Shown here: positions 9,569-18,859 of the stretch, in pieces
Layout of the letters: each line of letters starts with the position of its first letter
Position numbering within the stretch: the first letter of the stretch is position 1
NCBI GenBank assembly: GCA_038213805.1
Contig: JBBQSO010000046.1
Location: 1-40,198 of the forward strand
Source of the DNA: Planctomycetota bacterium
GTDB lineage: Bacteria; Planctomycetota; UBA11346
Direction: 5' to 3'
DNA: 40,198 bases
The notes under the pieces: generated by a model
The model's database searches: none
Told to the model about the DNA's origin: nothing
The model's input: only the letters and a program-made list of their open reading frames with translations
Position numbers and translations under genes: made by a program

Positions 9569-11995
9569 ATGGCCGACCGCACCCGCAGCGAGACCACCGC
9601 CCTGCCGGGCATCCCGCCGGGCGTGCTGCCCGCGACGGGACCGGGCGCGCAGGAGCTCGCCGCCTACCGCGACGGCCGCCTCGACCTGGCGCGCTTCGAA
9701 CTGGTCGACCGCTGGCTGGCAGCGCAGCCGCCCGACGTCCAGGAGCGCCTGCTCGCGCCGCCCGGCGAGCCGACCCCGGGCACCGCGCTGGTCGCCCGCG
9801 ACGACGCCGGCGCGCCTCGCGACGAACCGCACCTGCCCGCGCCCGAAGCGCTGGCCGGCGGCGGTGCCCCCTTCACGCCCGAGGCCGCCGGCCCCGGGCG
9901 CTTCGCGCGCGGCGAGCAACTCGGCATCGGTGGCATGGGCGTGGTCGAGTCCGCGCACGATCACGTGCTCGGCCGCGAGGTCGCGCTCAAGCGCTGCCGT
10001 CCGCGCCGCCCCGACGAATCCATGGCCGCCTACGCCGCGCGCCTGCGCACCTTCAAGCGCGAGGCCGCGATCACCGCCCAGCTCGAGCACCCGGCGATCG
10101 TGCCGGTGCACGACGTCGGCAGCGCCGCGCTCGGCGAACCGGCCTTCCTGATGAAACGCCTCGACGGCGAGCGCCTCAGCGCGCTGGCCGAGGCGCGCGC
10201 CGCGGGCGGCGAGCTCGACCTGGCGCGCACCGCCGAGATCGTGCTGCGCGTCGCCGAGGCCATCGCCTACGCGCACCGCCGCGATGTGGTGCACCGCGAT
10301 CTCAAGCCCGACAACGTCATCGTCGGCGCGCTCGGCGCCGTGCACGTCATCGACTGGGGCCTGGCGGCGCGCACCGCGCGCGCGCCGGGTGCGGACGACG
10401 CCGGCACAAGCGAGATCGAGGCGTTGGCGCTGATGCAATCGACCGCCAGCCACTACCGCGTCGGCACCCCGGGCTGGATGGCGCCCGAGCAGTTCGGCGC
10501 CGCGCCCGCCGACCCGCGCATGGACGTGTTCGCGCTCGGCGGCCTGCTCATGGCGCTGCTCACCGGCCGTGGCCCGCGCGACGTGCCGCTGCCCGACCGC
10601 ACCCCGGGCGCGGCGGTCAACCTCGCCCCGCTGGAAGGGCGCGGCCTGCCGCGCGGCCTGGTGGCGGTGGCACGGCGCTGCTTGAGCCTCGCCCCAGAGC
10701 TGCGCTACCCCGACGGCAGCGCGGTCGCTGATGATCTGCGCCGCTGGCTGGCGGCCGGCATCACCCTGGCCGAGAAGCCCAGTGCGGCGCAGCGCGGCCT
10801 GGCCTGGCTGCGCCAGCACCCGCGCAGCGCGGGACTCGCCGCCTTCGCGCTGCTCGCCGTGCTGGTCGCCGCCGGCGCCGCCGTGCTGGTCCGCCACCTC
10901 GACCGCGAGCACATCGTGGCCCGCATCGCCGCGCTCGACCGCGCCGCGAACTTCGAGAAGCCCGAGATGGAGGCGCTGCGCACTGCGCGCCACGAGGTCG
11001 AGGCGCTGCTGCGCGGCCACCCCGAGATCCCCGAGGGCCGCGAGCTGCACGGCCGCCTCGGCGCGGCCGAAGAGGTGCTCGCCGCCAAGCTGCACCTCGA
11101 GGCGCGCCGCAAGCGCCTCGCCGACCTCGCCCGCACCTATGCCCAGAAGGGTCCGTGGGCCACCGAGGTCGACGACGTCGCCGAGGTGCTGCGCGACTGC
11201 GGCTATCTGCACGGCCTGGCCGCCGACACCGAGCGCCTGCGCACCGACCCGCTGCGCCCCCAGGTGCTGCCGGCGCTGGTCCAGCTCGAGCGCTCGTGGC
11301 TGGTCAACGACATCCAGGCGCCGCAGCTCCACGACCTGCCGCGCCTGATCATGGATGCCGCGCCGAACCGCGCCTGGCGCGCGCTCGGCGCGGTCCTGGC
11401 CAACGCCACGGTCAGCGATTACGACCTGATGATCAGCCACGGCCCGGACGCCGACCTCGCCCTCGACCAGGCGGACACCGCCGACCTGCTGCTCGCCACC
11501 TGCAGCCCCGAGACGCGCTTGGTCAAGGTCGCGCAGGAACGCTGGCACGAGGACGCCGGCGCCTTCTGGCCACGCATCGTGAGCGCGCGCGACGCGCTCG
11601 AGAAGGCCGACTGGGACATGGCCGAACGCCACGCCCTGGTCGCGCTCGGCGCCGAGTCCGACAGCCTGTGGCCTCACCTGGTGCTGGCCTACGTGGCGCT
11701 CGCCGACCACGACGACCAGGCGCTGCTGCGCGAAGCCGACTACGCGCTCGACGCCAACAGCGACAACATCGAGGTGCTGGTGCTCAAGGCCGTCGCCCTC
11801 GCCCACCTCGGCAAGCGCGACCAGGCGCAGTTTTTGCTCGACCAGCGCCAGGAATACGGGCTGATCCAGTACCACCTGCACAACCCCGGCATGCACCCGA
11901 TGGAGCGCTCGGTGCACGCGCTGCGCGACGCCGGCGTCACCATCCCGGAGGTGCCGCCGCTACGGAGTCCGGTGGTACGGCCGAAACACCGGTGA
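9569..11995 (+). CDS. Hanks-type Ser/Thr protein kinase with N-terminal anti-sigma-like segment, TM helix and C-terminal TPR-like region, 808 aa
   Basis: GAGGA RBS before ATG 9569 (alternative start 9536); GIGGMGVV, VALK, HRDLKPDN, IDWGLA, GTPGWMAPE, DVFALG; TM LAAFALLAVLVAAGAAVLV. Confidence 0.93.
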   Translation: MADRTRSETTALPGIPPGVLPATGPGAQELAAYRDGRLDLARFELVDRWLAAQPPDVQERLLAPPGEPTPGTALVARDDAGAPRDEPHLPAPEALAGGGAPFTPEAAGPGRFARGEQLGIGGMGVVESAHDHVLGREVALKRCRPRRPDESMAAYAARLRTFKREAAITAQLEHPAIVPVHDVGSAALGEPAFLMKRLDGERLSALAEARAAGGELDLARTAEIVLRVAEAIAYAHRRDVVHRDLKPDNVIVGALGAVHVIDWGLAARTARAPGADDAGTSEIEALALMQSTASHYRVGTPGWMAPEQFGAAPADPRMDVFALGGLLMALLTGRGPRDVPLPDRTPGAAVNLAPLEGRGLPRGLVAVARRCLSLAPELRYPDGSAVADDLRRWLAAGITLAEKPSAAQRGLAWLRQHPRSAGLAAFALLAVLVAAGAAVLVRHLDREHIVARIAALDRAANFEKPEMEALRTARHEVEALLRGHPEIPEGRELHGRLGAAEEVLAAKLHLEARRKRLADLARTYAQKGPWATEVDDVAEVLRDCGYLHGLAADTERLRTDPLRPQVLPALVQLERSWLVNDIQAPQLHDLPRLIMDAAPNRAWRALGAVLANATVSDYDLMISHGPDADLALDQADTADLLLATCSPETRLVKVAQERWHEDAGAFWPRIVSARDALEKADWDMAERHALVALGAESDSLWPHLVLAYVALADHDDQALLREADYALDANSDNIEVLVLKAVALAHLGKRDQAQFLLDQRQEYGLIQYHLHNPGMHPMERSVHALRDAGVTIPEVPPLRSPVVRPKHR

Positions 11996-12131
11996 TGCGG
12001 TGCGGAGTGCGGAGGGCGGAGTGCTCGTAGGAAAAGGCGTCTGGGATCCACTACATGCACTGGTTGCACGGGGCATGACAGCGGAGGGATGCGCTCGAGT
12101 GTCTACGGTCACTCCGTACTGCGCACCTCGC
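11996..12131. repeat. Inverted-arm element with TGCGGAG heptamer arms
   Basis: Left arm 11996-12024 (TGCGG,TGCGGAG,TGCGGAG,GGCGGAG,TGC); degenerate complementary right arm 12111-12131 (ACTCCGT,ACTGCGC,ACCTCGC); spans the gap between two convergent stops. Confidence 0.7.
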
Positions 12132-12132
12132 T

Positions 12133-12849
12133 CTACTTCCGCAGCGCCTCAAGCAGCAGATCGCACGCCCCCGCGCCATCCGCATCCGGCGCGATCTCAC
12201 CCGCTTGGCGCAGGCGGTCGGTGATGGCCTTCTGCAGATAGGTGCGGCCGCGCGCGAGGCGGCGGTGGCAGGTGGCGAGCGGCATCTTGAGCTCGGCGCA
12301 GAGATCGCGCAGGTTGATGCCCTCGACCAGGTTGGCCTCGAGGATGCGCGGGATCTCGGGTTCGAGGGTGCCGTCGCCGGCCCAGGCGTGCAGGTCCTTC
12401 CAGGCGGCGGCAAGCAGCGACTCGGCCCAGGCGCGGTCCATCTCGCGGACGTGCTCGGCGGTGGGGTGCTCGGCGACGGCCAGGGCCTCGGCCAGGGTTT
12501 CGCCCTCTTCGCCGACGGCGGCGTTGACCTCGCGGCCGTGCTGCTGGCGGCGCAGCGCGTTGCGCGCGGCGTTGAACGCCAGGGTCATGAGGAAGAAGCG
12601 GAACTTGCTGGTGGTGCCGCTCGCCATTTCGCCGGGCTTGGCGCGCGCCAGCAGCCCGGGATGTTCAAGCAGGTAGATCAGTACTTCCTGGATGACATCG
12701 TCGATGCGATTCGCGGGGTGCTCGGTGGCGAACTTTGCGCGCAAATAGCGGCCGACGGAATCGGCATACAGCTCGACCACCACCGCCGCCTGCTCGGGCT
12801 GGTCGGCGAGCCGGGCGATCAGACTCCAACGCGTCTCGGGGAATTCCAT
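12133..12849 (-). CDS. ECF sigma-70 factor of the kinase-associated PVC type, 238 aa
   Basis: N-terminal FPETRWSLI, region 2 IDDVIQEV...KFRFFL, MDRAWAESLL segment, region 4 LCAELKMPLATCHRRLARGR. Confidence 0.85.
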   Translation of the reverse strand: MEFPETRWSLIARLADQPEQAAVVVELYADSVGRYLRAKFATEHPANRIDDVIQEVLIYLLEHPGLLARAKPGEMASGTTSKFRFFLMTLAFNAARNALRRQQHGREVNAAVGEEGETLAEALAVAEHPTAEHVREMDRAWAESLLAAAWKDLHAWAGDGTLEPEIPRILEANLVEGINLRDLCAELKMPLATCHRRLARGRTYLQKAITDRLRQAGEIAPDADGAGACDLLLEALRK

Positions 12850-13025
12850 GGCGGTGCCGTCACCCTCGGCCGGGGATCGGCCATGCTGCATGATGCGGCC
12901 AACCCCACCGTAGCACCAGCGTTTCCAGGGCCGTCGTGGCCAGCCCCTTCACCCCCCCTCGGGTGCCAGCGAGCGTCGGGGTGGGGTGCAGGGGGTTGGT
13001 CCGCCAGTCCCGCCCAGCCCTCAGG

Positions 13026-13068
13026 CGCCGATCGCCGATCCACCGGTCACTGGTCGCCAGTCACCAGT
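13026..13068. repeat. Degenerate heptamer array (C[G/A]C[C/T]NNT) overlapping the TauE stop codon
   Basis: CGCCGAT,CGCCGAT,c,CACCGGT,CACTGGT,CGCCAGT,CACCAGT. Confidence 0.6.
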
Positions 13069-13813
13069 GGGAAACCATCATCGCGACCGTGGCGATCGTG
13101 GCGACCACCAGCACGACGACTTCGAAGAGGCGCTGGGGGATGTGCGCGAACAGACTGCGGCCGCATAAGGCGCCAACGATCACCGCCGGCACCGCGATGG
13201 CGTCCAGCAACAAGGTGTCTCCAGTGATGCGACCGCCCAGGTAGATGAAGAGCGGCACCTTTGCCAGGTTGATGACGAAGAAGAACCAGGCACCCGTACC
13301 CATGAATTCGCTCTTCGGCAGCGCCATGCTCAGCAAGTAGAGGTTGATCGCCGGCCCGGCGGCGTTGGCGACCGTGGTGGCGAATCCGGCCACCACGCCG
13401 AGCACCCCGGCGAGCAGGGGACGGGCGCGGGCATCGTCGCGCCCGCGCCAGCGCCGCCAGACGTGAAGCACGATCATCGCCAGGACGATCGTGCCGATGA
13501 CCTTGGTCAGGGGCCCGTCCGCGATCATCAGCATCGCTACGCAACCGCCCGCTGCTCCGAGCGCGACCCAGGGTGAAAGGCGCGCGATCTCGCGCCAGCG
13601 GGCGGTGCGCCGATACGTGGCGACGGCGCAGCAGTCCGCCGCACACAGCAGGGGCAGCAGGGTCCCCATGGCGAGATTCGACGACTGCGGCACGACCATC
13701 AGCATCAGCGGCACGACCACGATCCCGAGGCCGGGAACCCCGGTCTTCGCGACCCCGCTCAGAAAAGCGCAGAACAGCAGCAGCAGCCACTGCCACGTCA
13801 GCAGGTCGGACAT
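13061..13813 (-). CDS. Sulfite exporter TauE/SafE (TSUP) family membrane protein
   Basis: GVAKTGVPGLG, LLPLLCAAD, GFATTVANAAGP, FMGTGAWFFFVINLAKVP; multiple TM helices; alternative GTG start at 13819. Confidence 0.9.
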   Translation of the reverse strand: MSDLLTWQWLLLLFCAFLSGVAKTGVPGLGIVVVPLMLMVVPQSSNLAMGTLLPLLCAADCCAVATYRRTARWREIARLSPWVALGAAGGCVAMLMIADGPLTKVIGTIVLAMIVLHVWRRWRGRDDARARPLLAGVLGVVAGFATTVANAAGPAINLYLLSMALPKSEFMGTGAWFFFVINLAKVPLFIYLGGRITGDTLLLDAIAVPAVIVGALCGRSLFAHIPQRLFEVVVLVVATIATVAMMVSHW

Positions 13814-13835
13814 CAGCACGTGGGCAGCGGCAGCC

Positions 13836-14744
13836 TCACAGCGCCGGTTCGCGCCCCGTGATCAGCCGGAACGCCTCGACGTACTTGGCGCGGGTCTGCG
13901 CGACCACGTCCTCGGGCAGGACGATGCCTTTGCCGTTCTTGTCGAACTTCACGCGCTCGAGGTAGTCGCGCAGGTACTGCTTGTCGAAGCTGTCCTGGCT
14001 GCGCCCGGCGGCGTAGCTAGCGGCCGGCCAGAAACGGCTGGAGTCGGGCGTCAGCACCTCATCGGCGAGGATCATCGCGCCGGCGGCGTCGACGCCGAAC
14101 TCGAATTTGGTGTCGGCGATGATGATGCCGCGGCTCGCGGCGTAGTCGCGCGCCGTACCGTACAGCTCCAGGGCCTTGGCCTGCATCTTCTGCGCGTTTT
14201 CCTTGCCGACAATTTCCGCCGCCTTGTCGGGGTGGATATTCTCGTCATGGGCGCCGAGTTCGGCCTTGGTCGAGGGCGTGTACAGCGCCTGCGGCAGCTG
14301 GCTGCTCTCGACCAGACCAGCGGGCAAGGCCAGGCCGCACACCGTGCGGCTCTTCTGGTATTCCTTCCAGCCCGAGCCAGCGAGGTAACCGCGCACGATC
14401 GCCTCGACCGGCAGGATGCGCAGCCGCTTGACCAGCATCACCCGACCTTCGAGCTGGGCGCGGTACGGCTGCACCGCCGCGGGCATCTGCGCGATATCGG
14501 CGGTCACCAGATGGTGCGGCATGACCTTGGCCAGCAGGTCGAACCAGAACAGGCTGAGCTGGGTGAGGATGCGGCCCTTGCCGGGGATGCCGTTGGCCAT
14601 CACCACGTCGAACGCGCTGATGCGGTCGCTGGCGACGAATAGCAGATGCTGCGCGTCGACCTCGTAGACGTCGCGGACCTTACCGCGCGCCAGCAGCTTG
14701 AGGGTGGGGCAGTCGCTGTTCACCAGCGCGGGCTTGGCACTCAT
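13836..14744 (-). CDS. purC: Phosphoribosylaminoimidazole-succinocarboxamide (SAICAR) synthase
   Basis: RGKVRDVY, SDRISAFD, EAIVRGYLAGSGW, TPSTKA, IIADTKFEFG, DEVLTPDSSRFW, SFDKQYLRDYL. Confidence 0.97.
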   Translation of the reverse strand: MSAKPALVNSDCPTLKLLARGKVRDVYEVDAQHLLFVASDRISAFDVVMANGIPGKGRILTQLSLFWFDLLAKVMPHHLVTADIAQMPAAVQPYRAQLEGRVMLVKRLRILPVEAIVRGYLAGSGWKEYQKSRTVCGLALPAGLVESSQLPQALYTPSTKAELGAHDENIHPDKAAEIVGKENAQKMQAKALELYGTARDYAASRGIIIADTKFEFGVDAAGAMILADEVLTPDSSRFWPAASYAAGRSQDSFDKQYLRDYLERVKFDKNGKGIVLPEDVVAQTRAKYVEAFRLITGREPAL

Positions 14745-14766
14745 GGCGTCGCTTCCTATCGTTCGT

Positions 14767-16557
14767 TCAGTTCCGCGGCAGCTTGCTGCTCAGTTCGGTC
14801 TGGTAGAGATTCTGACGGTAGGCGCGCAGCATGCGGCGCAGCGCCTCGGCGTAGCGGGTGCGCTCCTCGGCGGTGAGCGGCTTGCCGGCCTCGTAGCCGG
14901 ACACCTGCAGCAGGCGCACGCTCGGCAATTCCGGGCGGCCCTCGGGCTGGGCGAGCAGTACCGGACGGTTGGGCAGCGTCAGGCTGGCGAGCAGCACGCC
15001 GTCGCCGGTGGCCTCGCCGCCGAACTCCGGCGCAGGCGGCAGGTACTCGCTGCCGACGCGCTCGGGATTGGTGGCGACCTTGACGCCCCACGGCGCAGCC
15101 GCGGGCGTCGCCGCCCAGGCCTTCAAGCCGCCCGGACCGAGCTTCTCGGCGGCCGCGCGGACCTCCTCGGCGGCCTTCAGGAAATCCTTGTAGGTGCGCG
15201 ACGCGGCGATCTCGGCCTTGACCGCGGCGAGCACCTCCGGCTCCTTCAGCTCGCGCGAACCGGGCTCGCGCTTGCTTTCGATGCGCAGCATCACCCAGGC
15301 GCCGTGGCCATCGGCCTGGATGGGCGAGGACACGAAACCGGGTTCGTTGGTGAACAGATGCAGCTGGATGTCGCTGAAGGTACCGAGCGCGCCGACGGTC
15401 AGGGCGCCGCTCTGCGGTTCGTCGACCACGATACCCTCGCTGACGGCGATGCCCTGCTTGGCGGCCGCGGCCTTGAAAGTCGTGTTGTCCTTCTGGCCTT
15501 CGAGCTCGCCCGCGTCTTTGTCCATGGCGAGGACCGCGTCCTTGGCGATCTTTTCGGCCTTCTCGCCGGCGAGACGGCGCTTGATCTCGTCGCTGACCTC
15601 GGCGAGCGGCTTGACCACCGCCGCAGGCTTGGGCGCATCGGGCTTGGCCGTCGGGTCGGGCGCGACCGGCGGCTTGGTGAACTCCGCCTGGTGCGCCTGG
15701 TAGTAGGCCTCGATGTCCTTGGGCTCGATGGCGATCTTGTCGGCGAGCGCCTTGGGATCGGACGCGGCCACGGTCACCACGCAGGTGGCGCCGCGCGCGA
15801 AGCGGCGCAGGCGCAGGCGGTCGTAGGTGGTCTGGATGTCGGCATCATCGTCCTTGATCGCGGGCAGCAGGTGCTTGGCGGTCAGAACGGTTTCATCGAC
15901 CAGGACGCGGTCGGCGTTCTGGGCGACGACCGCGTCGATGAAGGCCGCCGGCATCGCCGGGGCGACCACATGGCGCGCGAACATCAGCCGGCCGGCGAAG
16001 CGCTCGGCGAGGAATCGGCGCAGCTCGGTCTCGGTGACCGCCTTGTCACCGCGCAGCGCGCTCAGCACGTGGTAGTTGGTGTTGCCGGAGCCGTCCGGCA
16101 ACGGCTCGTTGAGGAAGTCCCTCACCACCGCGTCGAGCGCCTTGCCGGTGGGCAGGAGGCCCTCGGCGTCGGCGAGTTTTGCAAGCTGGATGCGCTGCGC
16201 GTAGTACTGCAGCACCCGGTCGTCGCGGTCGGGGACCGCGTAGGGCTCATCGATGTACGGATTCAGGTACTGCCCGAGAGCGGCCTGCAGCTTGTTCGCG
16301 ACCATCCTGCGCTGCACCGCGTCGTCCTGGGTGACGCCACCGCTGATGATCTTGCCCTGGCCGAGCAGACTCAGCGACGACGACCCGACGCCGAAGATCA
16401 CTCCGACGATGAGCACCAGCAGCCAGATGTAGATCTGCTGGGTCACGGTCAGCTGCTGCGACTTCGGCACGCCGAAGCCCGGCTTGGCGGGTTTGACGCC
16501 GCCCTCCGCTATCGCGCCGGGAACGGGCGCAGCCGGAAGCTGGGGTTGATCGCTCAT
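14767..16557 (-). CDS. PpiD/SurA-like membrane-anchored periplasmic chaperone, 596 aa
   Basis: N-terminal TM IYIWLLVLIVGVIFGV; IEAYYQAHQAEF, KPLAEVSDEIKRRL and FKAAAAKQG segments resemble PpiD/SurA_N proteins. Confidence 0.6.
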   Translation of the reverse strand: MSDQPQLPAAPVPGAIAEGGVKPAKPGFGVPKSQQLTVTQQIYIWLLVLIVGVIFGVGSSSLSLLGQGKIISGGVTQDDAVQRRMVANKLQAALGQYLNPYIDEPYAVPDRDDRVLQYYAQRIQLAKLADAEGLLPTGKALDAVVRDFLNEPLPDGSGNTNYHVLSALRGDKAVTETELRRFLAERFAGRLMFARHVVAPAMPAAFIDAVVAQNADRVLVDETVLTAKHLLPAIKDDDADIQTTYDRLRLRRFARGATCVVTVAASDPKALADKIAIEPKDIEAYYQAHQAEFTKPPVAPDPTAKPDAPKPAAVVKPLAEVSDEIKRRLAGEKAEKIAKDAVLAMDKDAGELEGQKDNTTFKAAAAKQGIAVSEGIVVDEPQSGALTVGALGTFSDIQLHLFTNEPGFVSSPIQADGHGAWVMLRIESKREPGSRELKEPEVLAAVKAEIAASRTYKDFLKAAEEVRAAAEKLGPGGLKAWAATPAAAPWGVKVATNPERVGSEYLPPAPEFGGEATGDGVLLASLTLPNRPVLLAQPEGRPELPSVRLLQVSGYEAGKPLTAEERTRYAEALRRMLRAYRQNLYQTELSSKLPRN

Positions 16558-16674
16558 CGGGAGGCTCCGCGGGAAACCCCCGATCGGGGGGCCGGTCGGG
16601 GGGAATAGGGGGGCCGAGCCTAGATGGCCAGCCCCCCGAGGCAATGGTCGCCGTCCCCGCTGGCGCGCGGCCCC

Positions 16675-17199
16675 TCAGCCGCCCGTCGAAGTCCGTCCCG
16701 GCAGGTCCAGGGTGCCGTGCGCGGTCGCTGGCGACGCGCCCCCGCCCACCGTCTTGAGGAAGCCAGCGATCTTGACCATAACGCCGCGCGGCGCGTCCCA
16801 GTATTCGGCATGTTCAACAGCGACCTTTATCAGGGCCAGCTGCGGATCGTCGATGCCATCCGGAAACCACGGTTCATAGGTCTGATTCCACAGGCGCTCG
16901 ATCTTGCCGCGGTCGTCGACCAGCTGGGCCGCACCCGACACCGACACGTAGCGGTGATCGCCATGGGCGGCATAGGCAAGGTTGACCTGCGGGTGCTTGC
17001 CGATCTCCCAGCGCACCAGGCTGCTGCGCGCAGCGAAGAACCACAGATCCCCGGTGAAGGCGAACTTCTGGGTGGTCATCGGCCGGCTGTGGAGCTGACC
17101 GTCGGTGCCGATGGTGGTGAGCATGGCCACCGGGACGTTCGCGATCAGCCCGGCCAAGGCGCTGATGGGATCATCGGTGGGTGTGGTCGGGGTGGTCAT
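16675..17199 (-). CDS. Pyridoxamine 5'-phosphate oxidase-like general stress protein (GSP26 family), 174 aa
   Basis: AMLTT...LHSRPM, LWFF, YVSVSGAA, WFPDGIDDPQLALIKV...AEYWD; AGGAG RBS upstream. Confidence 0.92.
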   Translation of the reverse strand: MTTPTTPTDDPISALAGLIANVPVAMLTTIGTDGQLHSRPMTTQKFAFTGDLWFFAARSSLVRWEIGKHPQVNLAYAAHGDHRYVSVSGAAQLVDDRGKIERLWNQTYEPWFPDGIDDPQLALIKVAVEHAEYWDAPRGVMVKIAGFLKTVGGGASPATAHGTLDLPGRTSTGG

Positions 17200-17235
17200 G
17201 GCATGCTCCTCTACGTTACGACGGGAGAGGCATGC

Positions 17236-17251
17236 AGCGGATCCCATGCCA
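17236..17251 (-). promoter_or_regulatory. Candidate sigma-54 (-24/-12) promoter for the general stress gene
   Basis: Minus strand TGGCATGGGATCCGCT gives GG-N10-GC with TGGCAYG; ~37 nt upstream of the ATG; AT-rich tract upstream (17276-17298). It has CC instead of the consensus TT before GC. Confidence 0.4.
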
Positions 17252-17429
17252 TGCGTGGATAGCCACGCAAGGCATATTCAATAAACTACTTAGGTTATTG
17301 CTTCGGCGCACGTCCGATGCGGAGTGCAGGGGTCTGCCCCCACCACCCGCCCACGCCGCACGGCTCAGATGGACATGGGTCCCACGCTTCCCCCACGTCC
17401 GCGCTTGCCCGCTGCAGCCAGTCGCTCGT

Positions 17430-18671
17430 CTACCCCTTCGCCGCCAGCGCACCCGTGGCATAGGTGTCGAGCAGATCCTCGACGCGCAGGAAGACCTCCT
17501 TCATGGTCTCCTCGTCCGGCAGTAGGGTGATGCGGAAGGCGTCGTGGTAGGGCACGTTGAAGCCGTGGCCGGGCGTGACGAAGACGTGTTTGCGCTCGAG
17601 CAGGTCGAGAGCGAAGCGCTTGTCATCGAAGCCCGGCAGCAGCTCGCGCTTGACGTTGAGGAAGGCATAGATGGCACCATGCGGCACGGTGGTCTCAAGA
17701 TAACGGCTGCGCTTGACACCCTCCAGCACCGCGCGGCGGGTCTCGTGCAGGCGCCCGCCCGGCCGGGTCAGCTCCCAGATCGACTGGTGGCCGCCGAGCG
17801 CGGTCTGCACCGCCCACTGGCCCGGCACATTCGAGCACAGACGCAGCCCGGCAAGCAGGTCGAGGGCCAGCAGGTAGTCCTTGGCGTGCGCCTTGGGCCC
17901 GCTGAAGGACAGCCAACCGACACGGTAGCCGCACGCACGGTAGACCTTGGAGAGGCCGCCGAAGGTGCCGACCAGGGTGTTCTTGGCGAGTGTGGCGATC
18001 GGCACGTGCTGGGCGCCGTCGTACAGGATCTGATCGTAGATCTCGTCGCTGAAGATCACCAGCTGGTGCTTCTCGGCGATGCGCACCATGGCCTCGAGCA
18101 CGGCCTTGGGATAGACCGCGCCGGTCGGGTTGTTGGGGTTGATGATGACCAGCGCGCGCGTGCGCGGCGTGATCAACTGCTCCAGCGCCGCGACATCGGG
18201 CAGGTAGCCGTCGGCGCGTGGGCAGGGGTAGTGCACGGCCTTGCCGCCGTTCAGCACCGTCGCGGCCGTCCACAGCGGGTAATCGGGGCTGGGGATCAGT
18301 ACCTCGTCGCCATCGGCCAGGAGCGCGCGCAGGGCGAACATGATGAGCTCGGACACGCCGTTGCCCATGAAGACCTCGTCGACCGTGACGTCCATCACGC
18401 CACGGCTCTGCTGCTGCATGACCACCGCTTCGCGGGCCGGGAAGATGCCCTTCTGGTGGCTGTACGGATCGGCGTGCTCGAGATTCTCGATGATCGCACG
18501 ACGCATCGACTCCGGCGCGCGGAAGCCGAACGCGCCAGGATTGCCGACGTTGAGCTTGATGATGTCGAACCCGGCCTTGGCGAGCTCATCGGCGCGGCGA
18601 GCGAGCGGGCCACGGATCTCGTAGCGCACGTCGGCGAGATGGGGGCTGGGCACGATGCGGGGCAGGTTCAT
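17430..18671 (-). CDS. alaA: PLP-dependent class I/II aminotransferase, alanine transaminase AlaA type
   Basis: VRYEIRGP, IIKLNVGNP, GNGVSELI, PDYPLWTAA, INPNNPTGAVY, SDEIYD, GLSKVYRACGYRVGW, RLCSNVPGQ. Confidence 0.9.
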   Translation of the reverse strand: MNLPRIVPSPHLADVRYEIRGPLARRADELAKAGFDIIKLNVGNPGAFGFRAPESMRRAIIENLEHADPYSHQKGIFPAREAVVMQQQSRGVMDVTVDEVFMGNGVSELIMFALRALLADGDEVLIPSPDYPLWTAATVLNGGKAVHYPCPRADGYLPDVAALEQLITPRTRALVIINPNNPTGAVYPKAVLEAMVRIAEKHQLVIFSDEIYDQILYDGAQHVPIATLAKNTLVGTFGGLSKVYRACGYRVGWLSFSGPKAHAKDYLLALDLLAGLRLCSNVPGQWAVQTALGGHQSIWELTRPGGRLHETRRAVLEGVKRSRYLETTVPHGAIYAFLNVKRELLPGFDDKRFALDLLERKHVFVTPGHGFNVPYHDAFRITLLPDEETMKEVFLRVEDLLDTYATGALAAKG

Positions 18672-18859
18672 GGCGGGGTCCGGGGGGCGGAATGCTAGGG
18701 AAAGTGCCCGAGTATACCAGATGCGAGGTGGGTGGGGAGGGGTGAGGATTGCGGAGTGCGGGGCGCGACGCTGGAGTCACCTCATCCGCCGTATCTCCCT
18801 CGTCCGCCCATTGCACCCCGGGGCGCGGGCGCGGAAACTCGCGCCCCAGGAACGCCACC

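Noticed and set aside
16577..16590. Perfect palindrome CCCCCGATCGGGGG as an intrinsic terminator
   Set aside because: No loop and no adjacent U-tract; it lies 20 nt upstream of a start codon; function unsupported.
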